IMG/VR virus record: IMGVR_UViG_3300036770_005214
Location: 44,123 to 108,122 of that record
Length of the DNA: 64,000 nt
Origin: a virus
Direction: 5' to 3' (one strand)
Positions 1 through 10,600 of this stretch are shown one piece after another. Positions within the stretch are counted from its first letter, which is position 1. Every line of letters starts with the position of its first letter. The position numbers and the translations under genes were made by a program. A model generated the notes under the pieces. The model did no database searches and was not told where the DNA came from. It saw only the letters and a program-made list of their open reading frames with translations.

Positions 1-1410
1 GTGAACCGGCGTCAGGCGGAGGTCTTCGACTTCGACCGGCGGGCGGCCCGCGTGGCCCGCGAGATGACGCATCTGGGGCTTCGGGTCAACCAGAGCGTGC
101 GGGAGCGGTTGGAGCGGGAGTACGTCGAGAAGATCAAGGCGAGCCGGGAGAAGATTGCAAAGCTCGTTGGGCGGGCGGACTTCAACCCCGCGTCGACCTT
201 GCAACTCGGCGAACTCCTCTATGAGGAGATGGGTCTACCCATCGTGCGCTACACCGATACGCACGCCCCGAGCACCGACGACGACACGCTACGCGACCTG
301 ATGCAGCACACGTCCGGCGACCAGCGCGAGCTACTGGCGGCCATCCGACACGACCGCCAACTGAACAAGATGCTGGGCACGAGCATCCTGCCCCTGCGCC
401 CCTGGAATGACCTGCGCGAGGGGAGCAGCGGCAAAGCGGTCGGGGGGCTCGTTGGCCCTGATGGCCGCGTCCACCCCCAGTACCCCATCTTCGTTCCGGC
501 GACGGGCCGCTTCTCCAGTAAGAACCCGAACTCGCAGAACTACCCCGCATCGCTCCGCGTCATGTTCGAGCCGGAAGACGGGCACGTCTACCTGATGGCG
601 GACTTCGACCAGATCGAACTGCGCCTGTTCGCAGCCCTGGCCGGGGTCCGCGGCTACCTCGACGTGTTCGACCAGGGCGGCGACCCGCACGCCATCACGG
701 CGATCCTCATCTACCAGGAAGCGTTCCGAAAGGAACTCATCGCCGGTATGTCGCCCGAGCAGCGGGAGCGGTACGAGCGCACCAAGGTCCCCGACAAGGT
801 GAAGGGGAGCAAGAAGTACAACCTCCTGCGGACCTTCGCCAAGACGTTCGTCTACTGCGTCATCTATGGCGGGACCGACGACACGGTGTACCTCTCGGTC
901 TCGTCGGCGACCGACCCCGAGACGGGGGCGCTGTTGTTCCCCGATATGACCCGCCGCGAGGTGACGGCCGCTTACAACGCGTTCCTGCGCAACGCCCCGG
1001 AGATCACTGGTTACTGGCGCAAGCTAGAGCAGTTTGGGCAGGAAAACCGCTTCATCTCCGAGCCCGTCATGGGTCGGCGGCGGGACTTCCCCGAGTACGA
1101 CCGCAACGGCATCTTGAACCATCCGATCCAGGGCGCCGCCGCCGTCATCGCGACCCGCGGCCTCTTGTCGCTGCGCGAATACTTCATCCCCGACTTCGAC
1201 CGGCGCACGGGCATCGTGAACCAGATGCACGACGCGTACACCATCGAGGTCCCGGAGAGCATCGCCCTGGAAGCGAAGGCGGCGATGGAAGAGCGGGTCA
1301 ATATGCGCTTCGAGCAGGTTCCGGGGATGCTGTTCTCGGCGGAAGCGGATGTGTGCGTGAACTGGAGAGCGAAGGAGAAATCGGACTTCTGGAAGCCTCC
1401 GGTGGGGTGA
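1..1410 (+). CDS. polA: Family A DNA polymerase, polymerase domain (5'-truncated)
   Basis: ATGRFSSKNPNSQN; motif A ADFDQIELR; motif B RTFAKTFVYCVIYG; motif C NQMHD. Confidence 0.95.
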   Translation: MNRRQAEVFDFDRRAARVAREMTHLGLRVNQSVRERLEREYVEKIKASREKIAKLVGRADFNPASTLQLGELLYEEMGLPIVRYTDTHAPSTDDDTLRDLMQHTSGDQRELLAAIRHDRQLNKMLGTSILPLRPWNDLREGSSGKAVGGLVGPDGRVHPQYPIFVPATGRFSSKNPNSQNYPASLRVMFEPEDGHVYLMADFDQIELRLFAALAGVRGYLDVFDQGGDPHAITAILIYQEAFRKELIAGMSPEQRERYERTKVPDKVKGSKKYNLLRTFAKTFVYCVIYGGTDDTVYLSVSSATDPETGALLFPDMTRREVTAAYNAFLRNAPEITGYWRKLEQFGQENRFISEPVMGRRRDFPEYDRNGILNHPIQGAAAVIATRGLLSLREYFIPDFDRRTGIVNQMHDAYTIEVPESIALEAKAAMEERVNMRFEQVPGMLFSAEADVCVNWRAKEKSDFWKPPVG

Positions 1411-1462
1411 GTGGCGGCCGGTAGCCCATCGGGTTACACTCGCGACAAGTGGAGGAACGATC

Positions 1463-1798
1463 ATGGAAGCCACGACCCGCACCCCGGAGGCCTCTCCGCC
1501 TGTCGGCGTTCGTATGTCAGCCCGTGACCGGTCGACAATCTTGGAAGCGGCAAAGCACTCCTTCCAGCCCGTGTCGGATTGGGCGGTGGATGCGATCGAC
1601 TATGTGCTGCGCAACGGCTTCCCGAGCATCGCCGAGCGCCCAGACGAGAAGAACCTGACGGACCGGGTGGCGGTGCGCCTGCCCGACGAGTTGGAGACGC
1701 GTATCGAGTCTGCTCGCGGGCCGGCGACTGCACGGTCTTGGATCCGCATGGCGCTTGTGCTCCGGGCCCACCAAATCCTGCAAGCCCGCGTCGCCTGA
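1463..1798 (+). CDS. Tandem ribbon-helix-helix DNA-binding protein
   Basis: Two RHH-like units: VGVRMSARDRSTILEAA..VSDWAVDAI and VAVRLPDELETRIESA..ARSWIRMAL; GGAGG upstream. Confidence 0.6.
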   Translation: MEATTRTPEASPPVGVRMSARDRSTILEAAKHSFQPVSDWAVDAIDYVLRNGFPSIAERPDEKNLTDRVAVRLPDELETRIESARGPATARSWIRMALVLRAHQILQARVA

Positions 1799-1856
1799 TA
1801 GACAGGGGTCCCCACCCCTGATACCCCTTCCGGGAGACTTACGGGAAGGTGCCTCC

Positions 1857-4427
1857 ATGGCCCGACAAGGGACGCTCACTCCGGCGGAGATCGCGCCTGC
1901 GATCCGCTACATGAAAGACCTCGGCGTGTCGGAGGTGGCGCGGAGTCGGCGGGGGTTCCTGCACCGCTTCATGGCGATGGATGGAGACTGGGAGTCGCTT
2001 GGCACCGACCGGCACTCGGGCCAGGACTGGCAGGACCGGCAGCGGAACTTTGTGGCGCGTCACTGGACGCAGATCCGCGAACGCAAAGAGCCCCTGTGGA
2101 CGACGCACAAGGGCGAGCGCATCCCGACGCGCCATCATCTCGCCTTGATCGCCTGGGCCTGGACGCCGGACATTGAGGCGTACCGCAAGTGGCTGAAGGG
2201 CTTGGAGGCGCAACCGAGCAAGGCGGAGCGCCTGATGGCTCCCGGCTACCGCTCGTGGGCCTGGACGCAACAAGACTGGCGCTCGGTCGTGAAGGGTCCG
2301 GGGGGCCGGCTCGACTGGTCGCGGCAGTGTGGCGCAGAGGGGACGCGGGACGCCTCGGGCAAGCCCGCCCTGTGCCTGCCGGTCGCGGTCATCGAAGAGT
2401 TGGTGAGCGAGGGCGAGTCGGGCCGGCGCATCCTCCGCCAGCAGGTCGAGAAGAAGGCCGCCGCCAAGAAGGGGCAACGCGTCCCCTGGCATCCCCGCAT
2501 CGCCGAACTGTGGAACCGCGTCGAGGCCGACACGGAGCCCGACCGGCTGGCCGCCAAGAAGCAGCCCGGCCTCCGGGTGCAGTCGCTCCTCTTCGACCGC
2601 GACGTGTTCACCAAGACGGACGCTCGCAAGTGGGTCAAGAGCCACGGGTTTGTGGACCTCGGCGTGGACGAGAAGCCGAACACATGGCGCTTTCGCCAGC
2701 ATGAGCCCACCGAACACGAACGAGACAGCTTCCGCACCATCTACTTCCGCCCTGGAGTGCAAGCCGTGGTCGCTCGACCTGATGTGGAACGGATGCAGAC
2801 CTACCGCGACGTGGAAGGGATGACGGAGGAGTCGTCCCCGTACTGGGAGATGGGCTACGCGGCCCAGATGCCGACGGCAGAGCAGTCCGACTACATGGAA
2901 GCGCACCCAGCACTGTGGGATGCCTACATGGAGGGGCTGTCTGCCGGTCCGCAGATCTCGGTCATGCCCGAGCGCCCCATCGGCTCCTACCCAGACGAGG
3001 ACCGCATCATCACCGTGTTCGTCGAGCAGGATGCCGACGGCCGGTGGAGCGTCGTCGAGCAAGGCAACAAGGGCACCTCGCGCCTTCCGGTCCCGGTGCT
3101 GTGGGGCTACCAGAGCGAAGAAGAAGCCACCCGCGGGGGCCGTGACCACCTCGCCCAGATGGGCCAGCCCACCGAAGAGCGGTGCATGTGCGGGCGGACG
3201 CTCCACACCCCCCTGGCGCCTGTCGAGCGGCTAGACCGGGTGCGGCGCTCGCAGGTCGCCAAGCGGCGCGAGCAAGCCCAGGTGTTCTTCCTGATGGAGC
3301 CCAGCGCCCACACCCAATGGCTCGCGGGGCGTTCGGGCCTCTCGCCCGATGCGGTGCGGGAGTACGACGCCGCCCTCGTCCGCAGCGCCAAGACGGCGCA
3401 GACCTACACGGTCGGGATGCTCCAGGCCATGTTCACCGGCGGGGCGCTCCGCGTGACCCGGAGCGGGACCTCCCTCGTGCTGGACGGCAAGGTGCTGATG
3501 GCGCACGAGCAGGCTCGCGACGCGTTGGTGAGCCCCTTCGGTGCGCGGCCCAGCATCTTCACGCAGACCACCAAGATGAGTTGCCCTTCCTTCTCGCTCC
3601 CCGCAGGGCCCCCCAGCATCGGCGGCACCTGTGCGCTCGCGAACCACGCCCCCAACGGTCCGGGCGCTGAGGAGCTACGAATCTGCTCCAACTGCTACGC
3701 GCTCAAGGGGAACTACATGCAGGCCGAAGTGATGGTCGGCCAACTGTTCCGCTTGGCGTGGGTCCACCGGCTCGTCAAGGGCGATCCCTCGGGGGCGATG
3801 TTCGCTCGCGAGATGACCACCGCCATGAACCTGCTCGCGGACCAGGGACCGTCCGAATCGAGCCTGCGGGCCCGTCCCAATCTGGAGTACGGCGTCATCC
3901 GTGCGGGCAAGCTCACCTACAACGCCGGGCGCAGTGCTCGCGTGCTGCCGGCCCATCCGCTCCTCTCCGGTGCGTCGAGCCAGGAAGGCTTCGACGAGCT
4001 TCCCGATGGGACCGTGGCGGGCTACTTCCGCGGGCACGACTCCGGGGACTTCTCGGTGCTCACGGGCGATGACTCGCTCGGCTACGTCCGAGGCTGGCAG
4101 CAGGTCATCGCGGCCTTCCCGCATGTCCACTTCTGGTTTCCAACGCGGCTGTGGAGGATGAAGGGGGGAGCGACGCGGAACGCGCTCGACAACTTGGCGA
4201 CCGAGCCGAACCTCGCCCTTCGCCCGAGCGCCCTGTACGTCAACGACCCGCCGCCCATACAGAACGGGTGGGCGGTTGGCACCACGGCGAACACGCCGAA
4301 CGCGGACGTCCCCGAGGAGGTTTGGCGTTGCCCGGTGCAAGACGAGGACAAGTCGTCGTGCGCCTCGACTCGGTGTAGGACGTGCTGGCTGCGCAAGTCG
4401 GTCGGCGTGACCTACGGAAAGCACTAG
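1857..4427 (+). CDS. Multidomain protein with C-terminal Gp88-like (radical-SAM-like, Cys-rich) domain
   Basis: C-terminal TKMSCPSFSLPA..TC..ICSNCYALKGNY..FRGHDSGDF..HFWFPTR..CRTCW; internal VQSLLF..W..HGF..RFRQ..FRT domain; start chosen at ATG 1857. Confidence 0.65.
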   Translation: MARQGTLTPAEIAPAIRYMKDLGVSEVARSRRGFLHRFMAMDGDWESLGTDRHSGQDWQDRQRNFVARHWTQIRERKEPLWTTHKGERIPTRHHLALIAWAWTPDIEAYRKWLKGLEAQPSKAERLMAPGYRSWAWTQQDWRSVVKGPGGRLDWSRQCGAEGTRDASGKPALCLPVAVIEELVSEGESGRRILRQQVEKKAAAKKGQRVPWHPRIAELWNRVEADTEPDRLAAKKQPGLRVQSLLFDRDVFTKTDARKWVKSHGFVDLGVDEKPNTWRFRQHEPTEHERDSFRTIYFRPGVQAVVARPDVERMQTYRDVEGMTEESSPYWEMGYAAQMPTAEQSDYMEAHPALWDAYMEGLSAGPQISVMPERPIGSYPDEDRIITVFVEQDADGRWSVVEQGNKGTSRLPVPVLWGYQSEEEATRGGRDHLAQMGQPTEERCMCGRTLHTPLAPVERLDRVRRSQVAKRREQAQVFFLMEPSAHTQWLAGRSGLSPDAVREYDAALVRSAKTAQTYTVGMLQAMFTGGALRVTRSGTSLVLDGKVLMAHEQARDALVSPFGARPSIFTQTTKMSCPSFSLPAGPPSIGGTCALANHAPNGPGAEELRICSNCYALKGNYMQAEVMVGQLFRLAWVHRLVKGDPSGAMFAREMTTAMNLLADQGPSESSLRARPNLEYGVIRAGKLTYNAGRSARVLPAHPLLSGASSQEGFDELPDGTVAGYFRGHDSGDFSVLTGDDSLGYVRGWQQVIAAFPHVHFWFPTRLWRMKGGATRNALDNLATEPNLALRPSALYVNDPPPIQNGWAVGTTANTPNADVPEEVWRCPVQDEDKSSCASTRCRTCWLRKSVGVTYGKH

Positions 4428-4443
4428 CAGCAGGAAGGATGGC

Positions 4444-4890
4444 ATGACGACGAAAGAGATTGAGTACGAGAAGACCGAAGACGGGTTCGACGTGTTGGAC
4501 CGGGCTGAAGTCTACGCGAGCCGCCCGTATGCGGGGGACAGCTACACCCAGTTCCGGGTGCCGCTGACTCACCAGCCGGTGCGCGTCGAGGTCAAGTATG
4601 AGGGCGAGACGGGCGTTGGCATCCGTAGCGCCTGGAGCATCGGCAACGACCGCAACGTCCTGATGAACGGGCGCCCGGTCGTCGTGCCCGACGACGCGAC
4701 CAAGCGCGACTACCCGCTGCTCACGCCCACCCATTCCTGGTGGTGCAAGGATGCGGGAGCGGTCAACGTGCGCTATCTCGGCGTCGAGACCGACCTGCCC
4801 CCCGGCTTGCTCCCCGCGCCCGTCGGAAAGGGCTACATCGACCAGTATTGCAAGATGACCGTCCTGCTGGTTGGTCAGCGGCGCAGTTGA
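4444..4890 (+). CDS. Hypothetical protein
   Basis: 148-aa ORF with purine-rich RBS, co-directional with neighbours. Confidence 0.6.
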   Translation: MTTKEIEYEKTEDGFDVLDRAEVYASRPYAGDSYTQFRVPLTHQPVRVEVKYEGETGVGIRSAWSIGNDRNVLMNGRPVVVPDDATKRDYPLLTPTHSWWCKDAGAVNVRYLGVETDLPPGLLPAPVGKGYIDQYCKMTVLLVGQRRS

Positions 4891-4913
4891 CCGCGTGAAC
4901 CCTCGGGGCTACC

Positions 4914-5222
4914 ATGCGTGCCCTGGGGGTTTGGGATGAGGAGCGGGGAGTTCTGGATTATGGCGATCGCCTCGATGCTCGGGGCGGGCCTCGGCGTGTA
5001 CGTCTCGACGGCGCTGACGCAGGTGGCCCGATGACGTGGGACACCGTTCACGACATTCTGGTCGAGGCCGAGTTGCGGCGTCAGGCACAAGAGGCGCGGG
5101 CTCGGGGCGACGTCTGCCCGGTGTGTCGCGGTGCGAGTCGCGCCGGCTTGCTTTGCGGTGAATGTGCAGCCGCGAAGCGCGCTCCGTACCGGCCGGTCGA
5201 CTACGACGAGGATCGGGTGTAG
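4914..5222 (+). CDS. Small Zn-finger-like hypothetical protein
   Basis: CPVC...CGEC motif. Confidence 0.5.
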   Translation: MRALGVWDEERGVLDYGDRLDARGGPRRVRLDGADAGGPMTWDTVHDILVEAELRRQAQEARARGDVCPVCRGASRAGLLCGECAAAKRAPYRPVDYDEDRV

Positions 5223-5279
5223 CCACGCCCTTGCGCTCCGGTGCCCTCCGGGCTACGACGGACGAGGAAGGATGGAACC

Positions 5280-5687
5280 ATGAACGAAGCACCGGAGCCG
5301 GCCGGATCGGTCGTGCTCGACCTGCACATACCACCGAGTACGCGGGATGACATTCGCGAGCGGCTGACCGAGATTGTTGGTCCGCTCACGTTTCCCTCCT
5401 TGTCGGTCCGCGAGCGCATCCGGGAGGTCCTGCACGCCGAGCGGGTCATCGTCCCCGTGTTCGCGCAGAGCCAGCACACCATCGGGTTCTCGATCCCGTC
5501 CTACGACTACCACGCCCTCACGGCGCGGCTGATCTCGGACTACCGGCGTGACCCGCTGGGGGGATCGAACCCGCAGGTAGTGTCGGTAGATGGTCAGGGG
5601 TCTTGGACCATCTACCAGACCTTCCAATCGGCTCCCGATGAGGAGGGCCGGCAAATGTACTCCCTTTACGCTGAACGAGGTGCCTGA
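5280..5687 (+). CDS. Hypothetical protein
   Basis: ORF coupled by a TGATG overlap to the downstream ATPase. Confidence 0.6.
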   Translation: MNEAPEPAGSVVLDLHIPPSTRDDIRERLTEIVGPLTFPSLSVRERIREVLHAERVIVPVFAQSQHTIGFSIPSYDYHALTARLISDYRRDPLGGSNPQVVSVDGQGSWTIYQTFQSAPDEEGRQMYSLYAERGA

Positions 5688-7621
5688 TGCTTCACTTCAC
5701 AGAGTTGTCGACGACGGTTGGATGGAAGCCGGGGCGGTGGCAGGCCGTTCCGCTGGGTCCGCGGGTGGTGGTGATCGGCAAGAACACGGCCGGCAAGTCT
5801 CGGCTGATCACTGCCCTCTCGCTGCTCGTCTCGGGCAAGGCACCGGGTGAGGTGTTCGGAAAGGAGGCCGAGGTCGCGCTGAGCAGTGACCTCGCCATGC
5901 TCTACCCGACCGACGACACCGAGACCTGGGGCCGCACGAGCGACGGGCGCCGCTTGCAGCCGACCAAGGGAGGCTCCCCCTGGGTGCATCCCATCCGCCA
6001 CATCACGGGCTCGCTGCGCAAGCCGAGCATCGCGGACACGTTCCTGGGCCAGTTTATCATCGACCCGAAGGCGGACGTCAGCGCGTTGATCCCGTCCTTC
6101 TATGCGGACGAGGCGAAGGCGAACAGCAGCCGCCCGAAGGTGCCGAGCACGGTCAACGAACTTCTCTCCGCCCTCTCTTCCGCGTCCGAGCACATCCGGG
6201 GGCTGAATCAGGCGGTGAAGCAGGCCGAAGACGGCCTCTCCAACAACAACGCCATCGCGGACGTATCAAACGACCAGATCTCCGCCGCCGCAGCCCTCGT
6301 GCAAGCCCTGGAGCACGACCTAAGCACGGTGCAGCAGCGGACCGCCCTCGCGTCGACCCGCGAGCAGGCGATGCAGGCGAAGCAGCAGCGGGACAACCGC
6401 CTCGCCGAGATCGCCGAGCAGACCGCCCAGATGGAGCCGATGCTCGCGCAGTACGACGCGGAGATCGGTCGCGTCGAGGCGATGCGCCCGAGCTACGTCG
6501 ATGCCGTCCGTCAGGCGGAGGTCGGGGCCAACGGCGACCTGTGGCGGGCCATGGCGGCGCTCGACGCGAACAACCCGCACTCGCAAGGGTGCCCGGCCTG
6601 CGCGAGCAAGATCGATCGAAACGCGTGGCGGAACTGGGTCCAGTACAACGCCGAGCAGGCCGAGAACGCCGTCGTCAACGCCCGCCGGGCGCTCTCCGAC
6701 CTCGACGCCTACCTCGCCCAAGGCAAGACGGGCCGCAGCACGATTGGCGCCAAGTATGACGGGCTGAAGCGAGAGGAGACCTGGATCGCCGGGCAGCCCC
6801 CGATTGTCATCCCCGAGGTCGGCAACGTGCCCGAGCGTGCGGAGGACGTGGAGAAGCTGCGGGCCGACCTCGCGCAGGCGAAGCGGGTCCACGCTGACCT
6901 CCTCAAGCAGAAGGGAGCGGCCGATCAGGTCGCGACACTCCGCGCTCGCTTGGTCCGCGCCGAGACGGACAGCGTGTGGTGGAAGGCGTGGCGGGACGCG
7001 CTCAACAGCGCCCATGGCATCCTCTTGTCGCGGGGCGTGGCCTCCTTCGAGCAACACGTCCAGCGGTACATGCCGACGCAGTACACCTTTCGCCTCATCT
7101 TGGAGAAGCCGCAGGGCGCTGCGACCTTCCGCTTCGGGCTCGAAACGGACGGCGATAAGCACATCATCGTGTCGGGTGCGCAGCGGGCGTTGATCTTGTT
7201 CGCCCTCGCGGCCACCTGCCTCGACCGCTTGCCCCCCGAGGACCGCCCGCAGATGCCCGTGCTGATGCTCGACGAAGAGCGGGCGATCGACGGCGAGCAC
7301 CTGACCATGCTCATGCAGGCGCTCTCCGCCGCCCCCTATCAGGTGGTCGTGACGAGCATCGTGGGCCCGGTCAAGGCGGTGGACGGCTGGCAGGTGCTCG
7401 ACCTGTCGACCGTCTCTCCCACGGGCGACGTGGCGCTCACCAGCGAGGTCAAGAAGACCCGCAAGCCGAGCACGCGGAAGAAGGCCGATGCCCTCGTGAC
7501 CGCGGACCCGTACTTCGACGCCGGGCTCCCGCTCGCCTCCGGGGGCGTAGCCGCGCCATCCGACACCGTTCCGGCCGTCTCCGATGGCGAGTTGGACTCA
7601 CTGATGCCGCGGCTTGTGTAG
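5687..7621 (+). CDS. Rad50/SbcC-like SMC ABC-ATPase
   Basis: Walker A GKNTAGKS, coiled coils with central CPAC zinc hook, signature VSGAQ, Walker B VLMLDEE. Confidence 0.8.
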   Translation: MLHFTELSTTVGWKPGRWQAVPLGPRVVVIGKNTAGKSRLITALSLLVSGKAPGEVFGKEAEVALSSDLAMLYPTDDTETWGRTSDGRRLQPTKGGSPWVHPIRHITGSLRKPSIADTFLGQFIIDPKADVSALIPSFYADEAKANSSRPKVPSTVNELLSALSSASEHIRGLNQAVKQAEDGLSNNNAIADVSNDQISAAAALVQALEHDLSTVQQRTALASTREQAMQAKQQRDNRLAEIAEQTAQMEPMLAQYDAEIGRVEAMRPSYVDAVRQAEVGANGDLWRAMAALDANNPHSQGCPACASKIDRNAWRNWVQYNAEQAENAVVNARRALSDLDAYLAQGKTGRSTIGAKYDGLKREETWIAGQPPIVIPEVGNVPERAEDVEKLRADLAQAKRVHADLLKQKGAADQVATLRARLVRAETDSVWWKAWRDALNSAHGILLSRGVASFEQHVQRYMPTQYTFRLILEKPQGAATFRFGLETDGDKHIIVSGAQRALILFALAATCLDRLPPEDRPQMPVLMLDEERAIDGEHLTMLMQALSAAPYQVVVTSIVGPVKAVDGWQVLDLSTVSPTGDVALTSEVKKTRKPSTRKKADALVTADPYFDAGLPLASGGVAAPSDTVPAVSDGELDSLMPRLV

Positions 7622-7681
7622 CGGTCGGGTGGACACACGCCGCCGCTCCCGGTAGGAAGGAAGGGGTATAAGGGGTCGAAA

Positions 7682-10600
7682 ATGAGCTACGCGGACGCAC
7701 AACGCCGGAAGCACGCCTACCTGTCGTGGATGCTCCGCACAGGTCCCACCCAAGACCCCAAGCGGATGCCGAATCCGAAGTCCCTCTCTGCACCCTCCAG
7801 TCTCATCTGGACTGTCTTGAAGCGGGATGGGAAGTACCTCCCCTATGTGTCCAATGGGCATGTGCTCTTTCCCGGGATCTACGACAAGGTGAAGGACGGT
7901 GCAAGTAAGCACTTGCACTACCCGAACGAGCAAGACCTCTACCGCCAACTGCACGAGATGGGTGAGGCGCGAAAACTGCCAGAATGGGCAGGGGAAGACT
8001 GGCACTACGTCTCTTCGGGAACAGTGGAGAGCTTGATCCGCGCCGCCGGGGAGGACGCAAACGTCCTTTCCAACCCGAACATGGAAGCCCTGTTTCCGGT
8101 CCGACTTCGGGACACCGCGAACGGCAAGGAGATGGAGTTCGTTTGGCCGGTCGAGGTCTACGGAAGCCGGCCGGTGTCTGCTCTTCTGCGCCCCTACGCC
8201 GAGATGGTCACCCCCGTTCTGGGGAAGGTCACCAAAGCCTACCTCCCGCGCGGGGGCAGGTCCCCCTTCCGCTTCGAGAACGATGATGGCGAGGTGTTCC
8301 TTGTCATGCCCGCCAACCTTCCCATGACAGAAGAGGAGAGGGAAGCCAAGCGGCAAGTAGAGGAAGAAGAGAACCGCAAGCGCATGGAGCGTGCTGCCGA
8401 GGAGAAGCGGCAAGAAAAGGAGAGGAAGCGGCAGGAAGAGGAGAAGAAGGCCAAGCTCGAAGACACGGACGGCTACGCGGACCAGTTCGGCAAGCTACGC
8501 CGTGGGACCATCGTGAAGTCCCTGCTGGGAAAGATCCGAACCAACACCTTCGGGATCCTCTCTCTCCGAGATCTCATCCGCAAGCTGGTCAAGGAAGGCT
8601 ACAGGGTCAAGGTCATCTCGGGAGATCGGGTCATCTCCAACGGTGAGGGTTTCTGGTGGGAGAAGGACCTGGGCAAGATTTCCCTCGACTACGCCGAATG
8701 GTTGATCGAGAAAGGATACGGTCCTGCGCAGTCCGAACCCGAGCCCACCCCGAGCGACCTCCCTTCGCTGTCTCCCGAAGAAGAGGCACACTTGTTTGGC
8801 GAGGCCCCTGTTGAACCCGCACCAGCGGTCCCGCTCCCGGTGCAGTCGATCTCCCCGGTGACAAAGCACGTCAACGGCTTTCTCGCCTTCCTGGCGGCGC
8901 AGGGCATCTCCTACCCCTATGCGGCGTCCCTGTTGGCGGCGTCCAGTTGGTACAGCACGCACCGCGACCATCACCACCTTCCGATCGGCCCTTTCGATCC
9001 GCTCCCGCCCTTCAACCCCGAGATTGCCGAGCACCGCAAGCTGTCCCAGAAAGGGGTGGAGTATCAGATCGGGAAGTCCCCGATGTTGTTCCAGGGCTTC
9101 GACGGTCAACGCAAGGTCGCGCTCCTCCGAGAGCTAGGCGACCTCGCGCAAGTGGTCGCCTACGGAATCAACCTAAAGGTCCCTCTGACCGGCGCCTGCC
9201 TCGTCGTGGGGCTTGTGCCTCTCCTAGAGGACCGTTGGGCTGCGGCCGGCTATTCGGAGGGCGACGTCGAGTTGTCCGAGGCCGCCGTCCGCGAGTACCC
9301 CTGGCTCTGGAAGCACCTCAAGAAGCGCCTCACCACAGCACCCGTCACCGAGCCCAGCGTGGGCCCGATCGATATGCCCGATATGCCGGCGGGCACCACG
9401 GCCCCCGAAGAGCCCATGGGGCAACTCTACGAACCCGAGCCCTACTACACGGACACGCCCGAGCCCGAACCGGAGCCCGAACCGGAGCCCGAGCCGGAAC
9501 CGGAGCCCGAGCCGGAGCCCGGGCCTCCCCGCATCTCCAATGAAGCAGTGTACCACGCCGGAGTTAAGCCGCTGACTCCGACCCAGCAGCCGGGTGTAGC
9601 ACTTGCGTCGGACGGAAGCGTCGTCACGCTCACAAACGAGTACGTCAGGCAGCAGCGGGCGACCATGCAGCCGCCTCCTGGGGAAGCGAACGTACTGAAG
9701 CAGCACATCCGCTACAATCCTCCTTACGATGACCCGCAGGTCATCGACAACGCCAGGGTGACGGGCAAAGCCCAGGTCTCTGACCACGCCACGATCTCCG
9801 GGAACGCCCAAGTGTGGGACATCGCGAGCGTGCGAGGTCGGGCGACGGTGACCGACAACGCCAAGGTCTTTGGGGGCGCCAAGGTGTTCGGCAAAGCCAC
9901 CATCTCTGGCAACGCTGTCGTCACCGACAGCGCCGAGGTCTGGGACAACGCCGTCGTGACCGAGGATGCCCACATCATCGGCAACGCCAAGGTGTTCGGG
10001 GACGCGCATATCAGTGGAAAGGCCACGCTGGTCGGCGGTCGGGTGACCGGTAACGCTCGGATCGGCGGGGATGCGCAAATCCTCGGGGGCCTTTGGGATG
10101 GCTCGGAAGGGGAGATCACCACGGGGATGTGGCACTCGCCGCCCAAGCCCGCCTCTGATGCGCCTCGCAGCGTCGCCCAACAAGCGGTGGAAGACCTGAT
10201 CGAAGGCGTCCGCCGAATCGTCGGCGACTACCAGACGACCGGTAAAAGGGAGATTGGGCGGTTCAACAATGAGCTAGTCCGCCTCGAATGGCGGCGTCTC
10301 CGCCCGGGGCAGAAGGCGCGTAGCTACGATCCGCCTGTACCCTATGTCACCTTTGTTATCGGCTGTGACTCCAAGCCGATGACGCGGAATGGGGCGTTTC
10401 CGAGTTGGAAGCAAGGGGAGGAGCCGGTTGGCAAGCTCTCGGTCGGCGCCAGTGCTCCTTCCGGCTCGTGGGGTCTTCTGGGGCCGCCCTCACAGATGTC
10501 GCCTTACGTCACCCCGGACGGCGGGATGGCGGGACTAAAGCAAGCGATCGACCACATCTTCAAGTGGTTTGAGAGGAACAAGAAGGCACTCATCGGTGAC

